The translations under genes were made by a program, and so were the position numbers. Under the pieces are notes generated by a model. That model was not told the origin of the DNA. It ran no database searches and worked only from the letters and a program-made list of their open reading frames with translations. DNA of 64,000 nucleotides from Kiritimatiellia bacterium (GTDB lineage Bacteria > Verrucomicrobiota > Kiritimatiellia > RFP12 > UBA1067): the NCBI GenBank assembly GCA_045636065.1, contig JAZTWW010000046.1, forward strand, positions 1,489 to 65,488, written 5' to 3'. Positions 9,062-18,247 of the stretch are shown piece after piece (position 1 is the stretch's first letter; every line of letters starts with the position of its first letter).

Positions 9062-10141
9062 TTATTCTCCTTTGTTTAGGTAGTTTATTGTTTCACAGAA
9101 ATCAAAGTTACCACAGTTCATCACTATGCCACCATAAGTAAGCCCCACGCCAAAGCCCGAGAAACAGACCAATTTCATTTCGCGGCAAAGCGTCTCGGCA
9201 TCGTTGAGCGCCATAGCAGAAGGTATTGTCGCTCCACTGGAGTTGCCATAGTTCTCGACGACATTATTCGGCATCTTATCATAGGGAACATCAAGCTTCT
9301 CCGCCAGCTTTTGCAGCATGAACCTGTTTGGCTGGTGGAAGTAGTACTTGTCGATTCCGGTGAAGTCCGTTCCAGCGTCCTTGACTAGGTCGGAAAGCAT
9401 AGGCGGCACATCTGCCATCACGAAATTGAAGACTGCCGTACCGTCCATAACAAGATTGTCAGGTGCGCGTTCGTTTCCTTCCTCGTCCGCCGACATGATT
9501 GCGGTCTCTGGTGTCGAAGGCTGGCGGAAGCCACCGGCAGGGACCTTGAGCGCCATAGAACGCGTACCGTCAAAACGGACATCGGCCACGACATCTCCTG
9601 CACCAGAACGATTCTCGACAATCGTTATGGTAGCGGCGTCACCGATGAGCGGATAGCTGTTGCGATCCTTAGGCGAGACCTTGCGACTAAGCACATCTGC
9701 GTTTACGACCGCAACCTTGCTTATGCCCTGCTGCTCCAGCAATTGGAACGCCTGCAAAAGGCCAACAACGAAACCGCAGCATCCCTGCGCGATATCCGTG
9801 CAGAAGCAGTCACGGCGAAGCCCCAACTTGCCATGAAGGATGCATGACGTCGGCGGCATGAAGTGGTCAGGCGAAAGCGTCACATAGACAAGTGCGTCAA
9901 TCTCCTCTGGCTTGACATTGCCAACTTCGAACAGATGCCTGAAACCATATTCCGCAAGATCCGAAGCGCACACGCCGTCCCCCACAACACGGTGGGCATT
10001 GTAGCCCATGACCATCGCCAACTTGCGTGAACGGTTTTCAGGGGCGTTGAACAGCTTCATGTCGTCTACGAACAGGCGTTTCTGTTCGGGGACGACGACC
10101 ATCATGCCAGTTATGGCCTTATCCTTGAATTTGAACTTCAT
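9062..10141 (-). CDS. 3-oxoacyl-ACP synthase III (FabH-like KAS III)
   Basis: Motifs CTDIAQGCCGFVVGL, HQPNRFML and FSGFGVGLTYGG. Paralog of the gene at 6941-8083. Confidence 0.85.
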   Translation of the reverse strand: MKFKFKDKAITGMMVVVPEQKRLFVDDMKLFNAPENRSRKLAMVMGYNAHRVVGDGVCASDLAEYGFRHLFEVGNVKPEEIDALVYVTLSPDHFMPPTSCILHGKLGLRRDCFCTDIAQGCCGFVVGLLQAFQLLEQQGISKVAVVNADVLSRKVSPKDRNSYPLIGDAATITIVENRSGAGDVVADVRFDGTRSMALKVPAGGFRQPSTPETAIMSADEEGNERAPDNLVMDGTAVFNFVMADVPPMLSDLVKDAGTDFTGIDKYYFHQPNRFMLQKLAEKLDVPYDKMPNNVVENYGNSSGATIPSAMALNDAETLCREMKLVCFSGFGVGLTYGGIVMNCGNFDFCETINYLNKGE

Positions 10142-10368
10142 CTTTTCTTCGACCTCTGAACTAGTGCCTCTATTGATTCGACGTTGGCGAAGTTCTCCGG
10201 CAGTATGTCCGTGCCATCGATCTTTATTGAAAAGCGCTCGTCAAGCGTAGAGACAAGCGTCATAAGGTCAAAGGAATCGAGCATCCCCTCGTCGAAGAAG
10301 TTCTCGACCCCCTCGAACTCGAATTCGGGACGGATCTCCTTCAGGATCTCTACAATCTGCTTCTGCAT
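10138..10368 (-). CDS. acyl carrier protein (DltC-like)
   Basis: 76 aa with GMLDSFDLMTLVSTL (serine attachment motif). Confidence 0.7.
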   Translation of the reverse strand: MQKQIVEILKEIRPEFEFEGVENFFDEGMLDSFDLMTLVSTLDERFSIKIDGTDILPENFANVESIEALVQRSKKR

Positions 10369-11210
10369 TACGCATTTACCTTTCCGTTGTTTTGCCCATA
10401 GGCAAATACCGTATCTTTCAGTTCCTCAAATTCAAAGCCGTAGTGCCTATAGCGCTTGATGGCATTTTCGTTGTCGGCCTTAACCCAGAAATACTGACGC
10501 TTGGTGTTCGCTCCTGCAGCAAACATCGAGCGCATCAACCGACCTCCAACTCCATTGCCGCGAGCGCCAGGCGAAACAAACCAATACCGCAGGTATAGCG
10601 CAGCGGGTGAAAGGTCGAAGATGACGAAACCTTCTATGTCATTTGCCGCTCCACTACGTGCGACAAGAATCGACTGCGCCGCAATCCAATCCTGGACTTC
10701 TGCCAGGCAGGGTATCTGCTCCTCCTCCGCAATGAAGTTACCGGTCAAAAGCCGGTGTATTGCGGGGGCATCGGACTGCTTTGCGACTTCTATTCCCATT
10801 TCTGCGCAATACCTGATGCCTGGCGTCCGCCGCGACATGCGCTGTAGTACTGTAAGGTGAGCAAAACCCATGTTTTTGAACACCCTCTCCATTGGCTCAC
10901 GCAAGGCGTTGCGCCCTAGGACATCCACCACCATCCGAACCGAACCATTAACCGAGATAAGCGACGATACATCTTTTGCCAGTGATTCGACATCTGCCGA
11001 CAGGAAATAGATGCTGCTGAAGCCTTCCTGACGGCGCATCAGGAATGTAGACCCGCCTAGTTCTACATAAGAGAACGTTCCGCTTTCGCACCACCTTGTC
11101 ATGCGTTTCTCGTCAGGGAAGAAGTTGGACACCATCCGTCCCTTGTCGCGTGACTCAGCCACGCAACTGGCAACCTCTTCCCATGTGCGGAAATTTGTCA
11201 TGTCAGCCAT
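10368..11210 (-). CDS. GNAT-family N-acyltransferase
   Basis: C-terminal GNAT core RYWFVSPGARGNGVGGRLM...GFEF. Confidence 0.6.
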   Translation of the reverse strand: MADMTNFRTWEEVASCVAESRDKGRMVSNFFPDEKRMTRWCESGTFSYVELGGSTFLMRRQEGFSSIYFLSADVESLAKDVSSLISVNGSVRMVVDVLGRNALREPMERVFKNMGFAHLTVLQRMSRRTPGIRYCAEMGIEVAKQSDAPAIHRLLTGNFIAEEEQIPCLAEVQDWIAAQSILVARSGAANDIEGFVIFDLSPAALYLRYWFVSPGARGNGVGGRLMRSMFAAGANTKRQYFWVKADNENAIKRYRHYGFEFEELKDTVFAYGQNNGKVNA

Positions 11211-12732
11211 TAACCTGCCTATTCAGCAACGCGCGGTCGATCTTGCCAGTACCGCCACGAGGCAGCTCGGCAAGGCGACGGAAATCCGATGGAATCATGT
11301 ACTTCGGAAGTATCTGCCCTATTGCCTTGCGGAACTCCGCAGGGGTAATCTCGCGCTCACACTCGTAGAAGAACACTATAACCTTCTCCGCCTTGTTGTA
11401 CACGATGCAGCCATTCGGCACAAGCTTGAGCGTATTGATGATTACATGCTCTATCTCTCCCAGTTCTATCCGGTAGCCGGAGTGCTTTATGAGCGTATCC
11501 TTGCGTCCCTTGAACATGATCTCGCCGCGCTCGTTGCGTGAAACGATGTCACCGGTTCGATATATGATTTCTGGATAGGCCGTGTTAAGCGGATTCTGCG
11601 TGAACGCCGCCGCCGTCTTCTCCGGATTGTTATAATAGCCCATGGCCAGCGAAGTGCCGCGTACGCAAAGCTCGCCCTCTTCATCACACTGCGCGGGCCT
11701 GTCCTCGGAATTGAGAATAAGGATATCCGAATTGCGGCAGGGGAATCCGATTGGCAGTGGCTCATCGTCCCGGAAGTCGCGCGTAACCTCAAACCATGTG
11801 CAGTCGAGTGTGATTTCGATTGGCCCATATAGGTTGACAAACCGCGCCCACGGGAGATTGCGCTTCCAGACATTGAACTGCTTTGTCGGGAACACCTCCC
11901 CGGCGAACCACACCATCTTAAGGTCTGGAAGAGGCATCTTCTCAAGAAGCCCCATGTTCGCCATGTTGACCATGATCGTTGGCACCCAGAATATCCAAGA
12001 CACCCTCTCCTTCTTAAGAAGTTCAAGTATCTTGACCGGGAACATCGCCCAGCTGTCCGGAATGAGAACCATTGTCGCCCGCTTAGCGACCAAGAGGCAC
12101 AGTTCAAAACTGTATATGTCGAAAATGACTGGGGAAAGAGAGCCAACGACAAGTCCATCCTCCAACTGCCATGTCTCAAACGCGCACTCCATGAAATCGA
12201 AGAAGCTGCGATGGTTCAAGACTACACACTTGGGTGTCCCTGTAGAACCAGAGGTATTGATGAGGCAAAGCGGGTCGGTATCTATACCCTGTTCTATGAT
12301 TGCATTCAAGCGCCCGTCTGCACCATCCTGCAACTCTAGCCTGTCGAGGTCTTCCGTAAGGACAACAGGCACATCGCCAGCAATAGGCTCGATGATGCCA
12401 CGATACCTGGCGTTCGTGATGATTGCCAGTGGCTGCGCCTGCTTCAGCACATTAGCAAGACGCTCCGGCGGCGTCTTGACATCCATGTTCATGTATGCGT
12501 TCCCGGAATGGATGATGGCAAGGTCGGCCACAATTGTATGGATGCACTTTGGCAGAAACACCGCTACCGGGCGCCGTGTCGTCTTATATGTAGACGCGAG
12601 CCAATCGGCTATCTTGGACTCGGAAGCCCGGACCGCCAAAAATGTGGTGCTTTGGTCTCCATCCCTGACAGCTATAGCGTCAGGGTGTGCCTCTACCGTC
12701 GCAATAAAATCCTGTATGAGATTCGTTCTCAT
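11203..12732 (-). CDS. AMP-dependent synthetase/ligase (DltA-like adenylation enzyme, acyl-ACP ligase candidate)
   Basis: Adenylation motifs TSGSTGTPKCV (A3), YGPIE (A5), YRTGD (A7) and GRKDTLIKHSGYRIELGEIE (A8/A10). Stand-alone A domain next to ACPs. Confidence 0.85.
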   Translation of the reverse strand: MRTNLIQDFIATVEAHPDAIAVRDGDQSTTFLAVRASESKIADWLASTYKTTRRPVAVFLPKCIHTIVADLAIIHSGNAYMNMDVKTPPERLANVLKQAQPLAIITNARYRGIIEPIAGDVPVVLTEDLDRLELQDGADGRLNAIIEQGIDTDPLCLINTSGSTGTPKCVVLNHRSFFDFMECAFETWQLEDGLVVGSLSPVIFDIYSFELCLLVAKRATMVLIPDSWAMFPVKILELLKKERVSWIFWVPTIMVNMANMGLLEKMPLPDLKMVWFAGEVFPTKQFNVWKRNLPWARFVNLYGPIEITLDCTWFEVTRDFRDDEPLPIGFPCRNSDILILNSEDRPAQCDEEGELCVRGTSLAMGYYNNPEKTAAAFTQNPLNTAYPEIIYRTGDIVSRNERGEIMFKGRKDTLIKHSGYRIELGEIEHVIINTLKLVPNGCIVYNKAEKVIVFFYECEREITPAEFRKAIGQILPKYMIPSDFRRLAELPRGGTGKIDRALLNRQVNG

Positions 12733-13541
12733 TGATTCTCCACGTAGTTGAGTTTATTAAAGTTCGCCAATTCAATATCTTGCAGTTCGCATCTTTCCCT
12801 GCAAACAGAAAAACACTCTTCCGTGTCAATTCTACGCCACGGCTCGTCAACTCCAGGGTGGACACCTATTTCCGTCACGCCGTCAGGCAATGAATCGACG
12901 GCCTTTGAGAACCATTCCGGATCGCTGGTATGTCCAGCATTCATAAGGAAATGATCTGTCGTCTTGAATCCTGCCTTGTCAATGCGGTTCTGCATTGGCC
13001 CATTTATGACGCGCGACAAAAGACCCAACTTCCCTCCTACAACAGCCAAATCCTGGCACCGCCTGACCTTTGTGAACCCCAACTCTTCCTTCAACGCTGC
13101 CAAAGCTTTGAGGCTTTGAGGGAGCCTGTGGTTATGCCCATGTCCGTCTACATGAGAAATTGGAACCCCTGCATTCTTTAGCGCAAGATATTGCGCGCGC
13201 ATCTCTCGCTTGAGGTCTTCAACCTTTATCAACCCGGCAAAATTCCTCACAATGAACTTACGCGTCTGCCAAAGCCGTCCAGTAGACGGGTCGATCATAC
13301 TCGGTATCTCTTCCGGCCTGCACATCGGTATTTCATCGACCAGATAGAAATGCACCCCGAATGAAAACTGCTGGTGGGATTTGGCATATTCAACCGCCTT
13401 TGCAACAGCTGGCATTCCTGCCATGAGTGTTGCACTCGTTATGGCGCCACACTCAAATCCCCTAATCGTCCACTCAACTGTGTGATCACTCAGTCCAAAG
13501 TCATCTGCGTTTATAATTAACCGTCTCATAGACAGACTCAA
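12729..13541 (-). CDS. YdjC/ChbG-family carbohydrate deacetylase
   Basis: Hallmark N-terminus LIINADDFGLS and HxDGH region HVDGHGHNH. Confidence 0.8.
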   Translation of the reverse strand: MSLSMRRLIINADDFGLSDHTVEWTIRGFECGAITSATLMAGMPAVAKAVEYAKSHQQFSFGVHFYLVDEIPMCRPEEIPSMIDPSTGRLWQTRKFIVRNFAGLIKVEDLKREMRAQYLALKNAGVPISHVDGHGHNHRLPQSLKALAALKEELGFTKVRRCQDLAVVGGKLGLLSRVINGPMQNRIDKAGFKTTDHFLMNAGHTSDPEWFSKAVDSLPDGVTEIGVHPGVDEPWRRIDTEECFSVCRERCELQDIELANFNKLNYVENQ

Positions 13542-14284
13542 TCCATCGCAATCGCTTCTTCTTCCGTAAGCCTATGGGCAAAATATGGAGACTCTACATG
13601 CGGTATCATATCTGACCTGAAATTAGGATCATACTTTCGCCAAGGTCCATATTCATCATCAAGAATGGCCTCAGCATTTTCAGGGATGTCGACAGTGACA
13701 CCATGAACAACCATTTCTTTTATGCCCGTCGGCGCAGAAAATTGAAACTCCAATGCAGAATTGTCTCGCGGTGTTGGATAGTTGCGACCCTTAAACCAGC
13801 GCAAGTACCGAACTGTGAGCTTCTTTTGCGTATCATCCAGATACTCGCTCTGAAATACATCCATTGACAAATCAACCTTAGGGTCCATCACCGTAAACTC
13901 CAACATCCGCCCCTGAAACTTATAGGCATATACAAAACGATATCCTTCAGATAGAAATCCTCTTAGAGCATTGGCAAGCGAGCCGTATTCTGGCAAAACA
14001 GAGAAATCAAAATCGGCATCCCCTTTTATAAAACCACCATCACGAACAAAACCAAGCAACGTCCCCGCATCGCAATAATATGGTATGCGATGCTTCATGA
14101 ACACGGAATGTGCTCTCGCAAGGATATCATATCCGTGTTCACTCATCAGCTTCCTTGCCTTAGGCAGCCGATAACTTAGCCAAATCGGCTTGAGGATCTT
14201 AATGTACACTTTTTCCCCAAGCCACGTCTTCTTGAGGATATTTTTCAACAAGTCGTTGATTTGAAGTACAATTGGTTTCTTCAT
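13538..14284 (-). CDS. LicD-family phosphotransferase (phospho-alcohol transferase)
   Basis: LicD motif YYCDAGTLLGFVRDGGFIKGDADFDF. Confidence 0.8.
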   Translation of the reverse strand: MKKPIVLQINDLLKNILKKTWLGEKVYIKILKPIWLSYRLPKARKLMSEHGYDILARAHSVFMKHRIPYYCDAGTLLGFVRDGGFIKGDADFDFSVLPEYGSLANALRGFLSEGYRFVYAYKFQGRMLEFTVMDPKVDLSMDVFQSEYLDDTQKKLTVRYLRWFKGRNYPTPRDNSALEFQFSAPTGIKEMVVHGVTVDIPENAEAILDDEYGPWRKYDPNFRSDMIPHVESPYFAHRLTEEEAIAMD

Positions 14285-14286
14285 AG

Positions 14287-14718
14287 TTAAAGGTCTTTAA
14301 TTATTGCTTTCAAAACCGTAGTGGAAATCCCTTCCGTTCGTGGCAGGGTCACGACTTCCTTGCCATTCTCTCCACACCACATGAACAACTTCTGAAACCT
14401 CTCGTTCGTATGTTCAGGACCGACAACAAGAATGTCAAAGTCAACATCCTTAACTGCATCGACACCGACAACATCGTACGGTATCGCCTTATCAACAGTC
14501 CGCAGAGTTTCGATCATCTTCTGCCGCGTCGAGAAGTCATACACCCTCTTGCAGCCCTTCTTGTATTTCTCAATCATCTCATCTACCTGAAGCATCACAT
14601 AGATCTTGCCGCTCTCGCCGACGAGCTCTCTGATTCTCCTGAACAGCTCAAAATGCCCAAAGTGGAGCAAGTCAAAGACACCAAATGTAATGGCCGTCTT
14701 GCCATTGTAGTTACTCAT
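14287..14718 (-). CDS. cytidylyltransferase, TagD-like (CDP-alcohol-forming)
   Basis: 143 aa with an FGVFDLLHFGHF (HxGH) nucleotidyltransferase motif. Size matches glycerol-3-phosphate cytidylyltransferase. Confidence 0.8.
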   Translation of the reverse strand: MSNYNGKTAITFGVFDLLHFGHFELFRRIRELVGESGKIYVMLQVDEMIEKYKKGCKRVYDFSTRQKMIETLRTVDKAIPYDVVGVDAVKDVDFDILVVGPEHTNERFQKLFMWCGENGKEVVTLPRTEGISTTVLKAIIKDL

Positions 14719-15323
14719 TTATGCATTGCCTCCGTTATTGCATCATACAGCTCGTCATACTCCTCCAGTGCCACAACATCAGGATTCTCGGCTCTTATCT
14801 TCTCCGGAGCACGGAAGAGGAACCCCGCCTTTGACGCACGAATCATCTCAAGATCGTTGTAACCATCACCTGCGGCAATCGTCTCAACGCCCATACAAGA
14901 CTGCAATCCCCTTACCGTGTCGCGCTTGGTATGCGCCGAGCGGAGACTATACCCAATCATGTAACCATCGGCATCAACTTCCACGTCATTGTGAAATAGC
15001 GTTGGCCAACCCAACTTACGCATCAATGGACGACCAAAGATATCGAACGTATCGGAGACAACCACAACCTGACAAACCTCACGAAGCCGTGCGATAAACT
15101 CCCTTGCACCGTCGAACGGTTCGATAGTGTTGATTACCTCGACCACCTTATCGATTGTGAATCCGTATTTCCTCATAAGGTCAATGCGATAATGCATCAA
15201 CTTGTCGAAATCAGGCTCATCGCGTGTGGTACGCTTGAAATCTGGGATGCCCACTTTGTCGGCAAACGCAATCCAATTTTCAGGCGTCAATACCCCTTCC
15301 ATATCAAGACACACTATTGTCAT
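14715..15323 (-). CDS. HAD-family phosphoserine phosphatase / homoserine phosphotransferase (ThrH-like)
   Basis: MTIVCLDMEGVLTPENWIAFA...VVVSDTF...AAGDGYND resembles Pseudomonas ThrH (MEIACLDLEGVLVPEIWIAFA...). Comparison from memory. Confidence 0.7.
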   Translation of the reverse strand: MTIVCLDMEGVLTPENWIAFADKVGIPDFKRTTRDEPDFDKLMHYRIDLMRKYGFTIDKVVEVINTIEPFDGAREFIARLREVCQVVVVSDTFDIFGRPLMRKLGWPTLFHNDVEVDADGYMIGYSLRSAHTKRDTVRGLQSCMGVETIAAGDGYNDLEMIRASKAGFLFRAPEKIRAENPDVVALEEYDELYDAITEAMHK

Positions 15324-15333
15324 CGCCTTATCC

Positions 15334-16458
15334 TCATTTCCCTAAAAGTTCTTCATAGGAAATTTTCATTCCCGATGCAATGGCTGGCCATGAATATTTG
15401 CTCTCAACCAGTTTCCGGCCACGTTCCCCCATCGCATTTCTCTCTTCATCACTCAAGTCCGTTAACTCCCGCAAAGCGAGATCCATTTCATCCCAACTAC
15501 CCGTATTTCTTGGCATTTCGACGTGCCAACCGCATTTCTCTGTTTCCAATTCATGCCAAGGCGTACCCCTTGTCGTTATAGTCGGCAATCCTGCATACAA
15601 CGCCTCGGCGACAACGATCCCGAAATTCTCAGAATAACTCGGCAGAATAAATGCATCAGCTCGGCGATATGCTTTCCACTTCTCCTCGTCAGGTAATGCG
15701 CCCGTAAAAATTATACTGTCATCCAATTTTAGTTCCCTAACACGGGCAAGAACTTTATCTTCATAATCCTTTTCTGCTTTCTCCTTAGCCGTATAAACAA
15801 GTTCCAACTCCCATCCAACAGGCCGAACCCTCGCCCATGAGTCAACAAGATTCAACAAACCCTTCTTCTCGTGCATTCTGCTTAAAAATAACGCCCTACG
15901 CTTCCCATTAAGGTCCTTGATTCTCGGAGGCATCGTTTCAGGCACATTCACACCGTTGGGACTCATGATTATCTTTTGCATAAACCCCAGCCTGCGGCAC
16001 TGATCCATTTCACTTTTTGCCGTCACATGCAATGCTATTGCATGCGAAAGATCCCTCCCTTGGTATGTTAACAGTGCAAGCTTCTTCTTGAGCCATTTTT
16101 GACGTAACGACCAGACTTCCAATGTCCCTCTCGGTGCCAAAATATATGGGATGTTCCGTCGCCTAGCTTCAACCACTCCAAAATGCAGCATCAACTGCCA
16201 AATGCTATGTATATGAACTAAATCTGGCTTGACTTCATCCATAACCCGTCCAATGGCTTTAGACACTCCAAGCCACTTCATCTTACCTATGCATTGAAAA
16301 TGCACTACCCCCTTCACCCAGGGCACTCCCAAGGGTTTTATTGCAAGTAGATAAGTGTCAACTCCGACTTCCTGCAACCCAGAGACCAATCCCTGTACAC
16401 TCCTAGAGGGGCCTCCGCCTGTCCGGGAAATTGAGGATACTATATGCAAGACTTTCAT
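15334..16458 (-). CDS. glycosyltransferase family 4
   Basis: GT-B C-terminal motif ILPSYSENFGIVVAEALYAGLPTITT. Confidence 0.8.
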   Translation of the reverse strand: MKVLHIVSSISRTGGGPSRSVQGLVSGLQEVGVDTYLLAIKPLGVPWVKGVVHFQCIGKMKWLGVSKAIGRVMDEVKPDLVHIHSIWQLMLHFGVVEARRRNIPYILAPRGTLEVWSLRQKWLKKKLALLTYQGRDLSHAIALHVTAKSEMDQCRRLGFMQKIIMSPNGVNVPETMPPRIKDLNGKRRALFLSRMHEKKGLLNLVDSWARVRPVGWELELVYTAKEKAEKDYEDKVLARVRELKLDDSIIFTGALPDEEKWKAYRRADAFILPSYSENFGIVVAEALYAGLPTITTRGTPWHELETEKCGWHVEMPRNTGSWDEMDLALRELTDLSDEERNAMGERGRKLVESKYSWPAIASGMKISYEELLGK

Positions 16459-17411
16459 TTACTCAATCCGCTCAAATCAATATACGACCCCAATTCATAA
16501 TTGAATGATTGAGGATAAAAGGCATTGCAACCATTCCCACCGGTAAAAGTTAATTCGCCAAATACAATCCGCTTCCCACCAAGTACATATAGATCGACAC
16601 GGCACTGCGGGAAATCACATGCGAGTTTCTGTGCGACATAAATCATTTCGTCAAGACATTCTGGTTTCTTGACAACATCCGTTTCCTTGCATGGATGCAA
16701 ACTGCCGCGCCCTGGCATAAAGTTCCATTTCGCATCATATATATTACGATACCGCACTATCCCATCAACAATCTTTGGCTTGGAATAGCCGACCTCTTGC
16801 ACAATGGGCCGACTATTGGACAATGACTCTGTGAAATCAACCCAAATGTATTTGGTTACGCCCCTGAACGTAAAAAGTTTGTAATCCCTCAAAACTGGTG
16901 TTTCTGAATCAACCAAAAACTTCTCACAGATAATCTGCGGCTTTATTTCATGATACTGCCATTCGCGGCCCACCCTGGAAAAATCACTCCGCAACCATTT
17001 GCGCATTTTTTTCTTAGCCAGATTCCAATCAATCTTTGACTTGTCCGGACAGATAATATTCCAACCCGAACCATGCGTGGCCTTCAAGACAAATTGACCA
17101 GGCAAATCGGCAAATGGTATCATGTCTACATCATCGTATACGTCAATACACTCGGCAAGATACTTTTCTCCTATGCGATCTTTAACAAACTCCCGCACCG
17201 CCCACTTGTCTGCACACGTCACCATAACAGGATTTCGATAGTGCAATTTAAGCCACTGTAGCTTTTCATTGAAATCCATTGGCGGATCAAGGTGCAACCG
17301 CTTGCCTGTCATTACATTGTATTGGAAACGGATATATTGTTCATCAGAGAGCAGGTTCGTCAACCCACTTCTCCTTGCAACTGCCCAAGCCATTCTTTGA
17401 ATTCTGGACAT
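16455..17411 (-). CDS. TupA-like ATP-grasp amidoligase
   Basis: 318 aa ATP-grasp-like protein with NPVMVTCADKWAVREFV...FVLKATHGSGWN pattern typical of TupA-family proteins in polysaccharide loci. Confidence 0.65.
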   Translation of the reverse strand: MSRIQRMAWAVARRSGLTNLLSDEQYIRFQYNVMTGKRLHLDPPMDFNEKLQWLKLHYRNPVMVTCADKWAVREFVKDRIGEKYLAECIDVYDDVDMIPFADLPGQFVLKATHGSGWNIICPDKSKIDWNLAKKKMRKWLRSDFSRVGREWQYHEIKPQIICEKFLVDSETPVLRDYKLFTFRGVTKYIWVDFTESLSNSRPIVQEVGYSKPKIVDGIVRYRNIYDAKWNFMPGRGSLHPCKETDVVKKPECLDEMIYVAQKLACDFPQCRVDLYVLGGKRIVFGELTFTGGNGCNAFYPQSFNYELGSYIDLSGLSK

Positions 17412-18247
17412 CAGTTATAAATCTCCTTATAGTTGTGACCCTTATACTTTCTTGAATCAATATATGAACGTAGATATGCACCTGATACCAATCTTTGGAA
17501 GCGATTTATCCATTCAGATATCTTTCGAATTCTCTTGGTTGCTCCATAACGCAGATTAATCCTGTCGGCCTCATCTGTCGTCCGATTCTTGACATGATGC
17601 TCCGTTATCGTGCTTGCCGTTTTTGATTGTTCATGCAACCTAAAGCACCAAAGATATCTTTTCATTGTATGAAGACATATTCCCTTCTGCCAGAATCTTC
17701 GCCACAAATCCACATCCATCACATAATGAGCATCAACATCAAATCCACCAACCGACCTGAGGTTGTCTAGCAAAAAGACAGAACTTGGTCCGTTCACGGG
17801 AGATGCCGGGGCAAACCTCCCCAAAAATGGCCACACCCTCACACATCTTGAACATCTCCACACATTCAACTCGGCATCCCCATACACCGTACTCCCTGCG
17901 AGCCACTCGCACTTTGGATGGCTGTTCAAGTATTCAAGAATGGCTTTTATCGCTCCTGGCATTAATATGTCATCTGCATTAAGCCAGAAACCGTATCTTC
18001 CTCTCGCATGTGCAAAACCCTTGTTGAAAGCATCAGATTGTCCTTTGTCCTTTTCTGAGACCCACCATGCAATTGATCCTAAATGCTTCTTGATTACATC
18101 CGTAGAATTGTCTGCTGAGCCTCCATCAACAACAATTAATTCGCATAAATCGAAGCCATCCTGTTCGACAACCGACATGAGTGCCGTTTCAAGGAAGCGA
18201 CCATAGTTGTAATTTGCCACAATAATACTAATCAATGGTTGTATCAT
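17411..18247 (-). CDS. glycosyltransferase family 2
   Basis: Motifs ISIIVANYNYGRFLETAL, VVDGGSADNS and WLNADDILMPGA. Paralog of 2576-3331. Confidence 0.8.
   Translation of the reverse strand: MIQPLISIIVANYNYGRFLETALMSVVEQDGFDLCELIVVDGGSADNSTDVIKKHLGSIAWWVSEKDKGQSDAFNKGFAHARGRYGFWLNADDILMPGAIKAILEYLNSHPKCEWLAGSTVYGDAELNVWRCSRCVRVWPFLGRFAPASPVNGPSSVFLLDNLRSVGGFDVDAHYVMDVDLWRRFWQKGICLHTMKRYLWCFRLHEQSKTASTITEHHVKNRTTDEADRINLRYGATKRIRKISEWINRFQRLVSGAYLRSYIDSRKYKGHNYKEIYN

Noticed and set aside
11487-12751. Alternative-frame ORFs (11487-12179 minus, 11642-12751 plus) overlapping the AMP-ligase gene
   Set aside because: The AMP-ligase frame carries all adenylation-domain motifs. The overlapping frames give Ser/Arg-rich nonsense.
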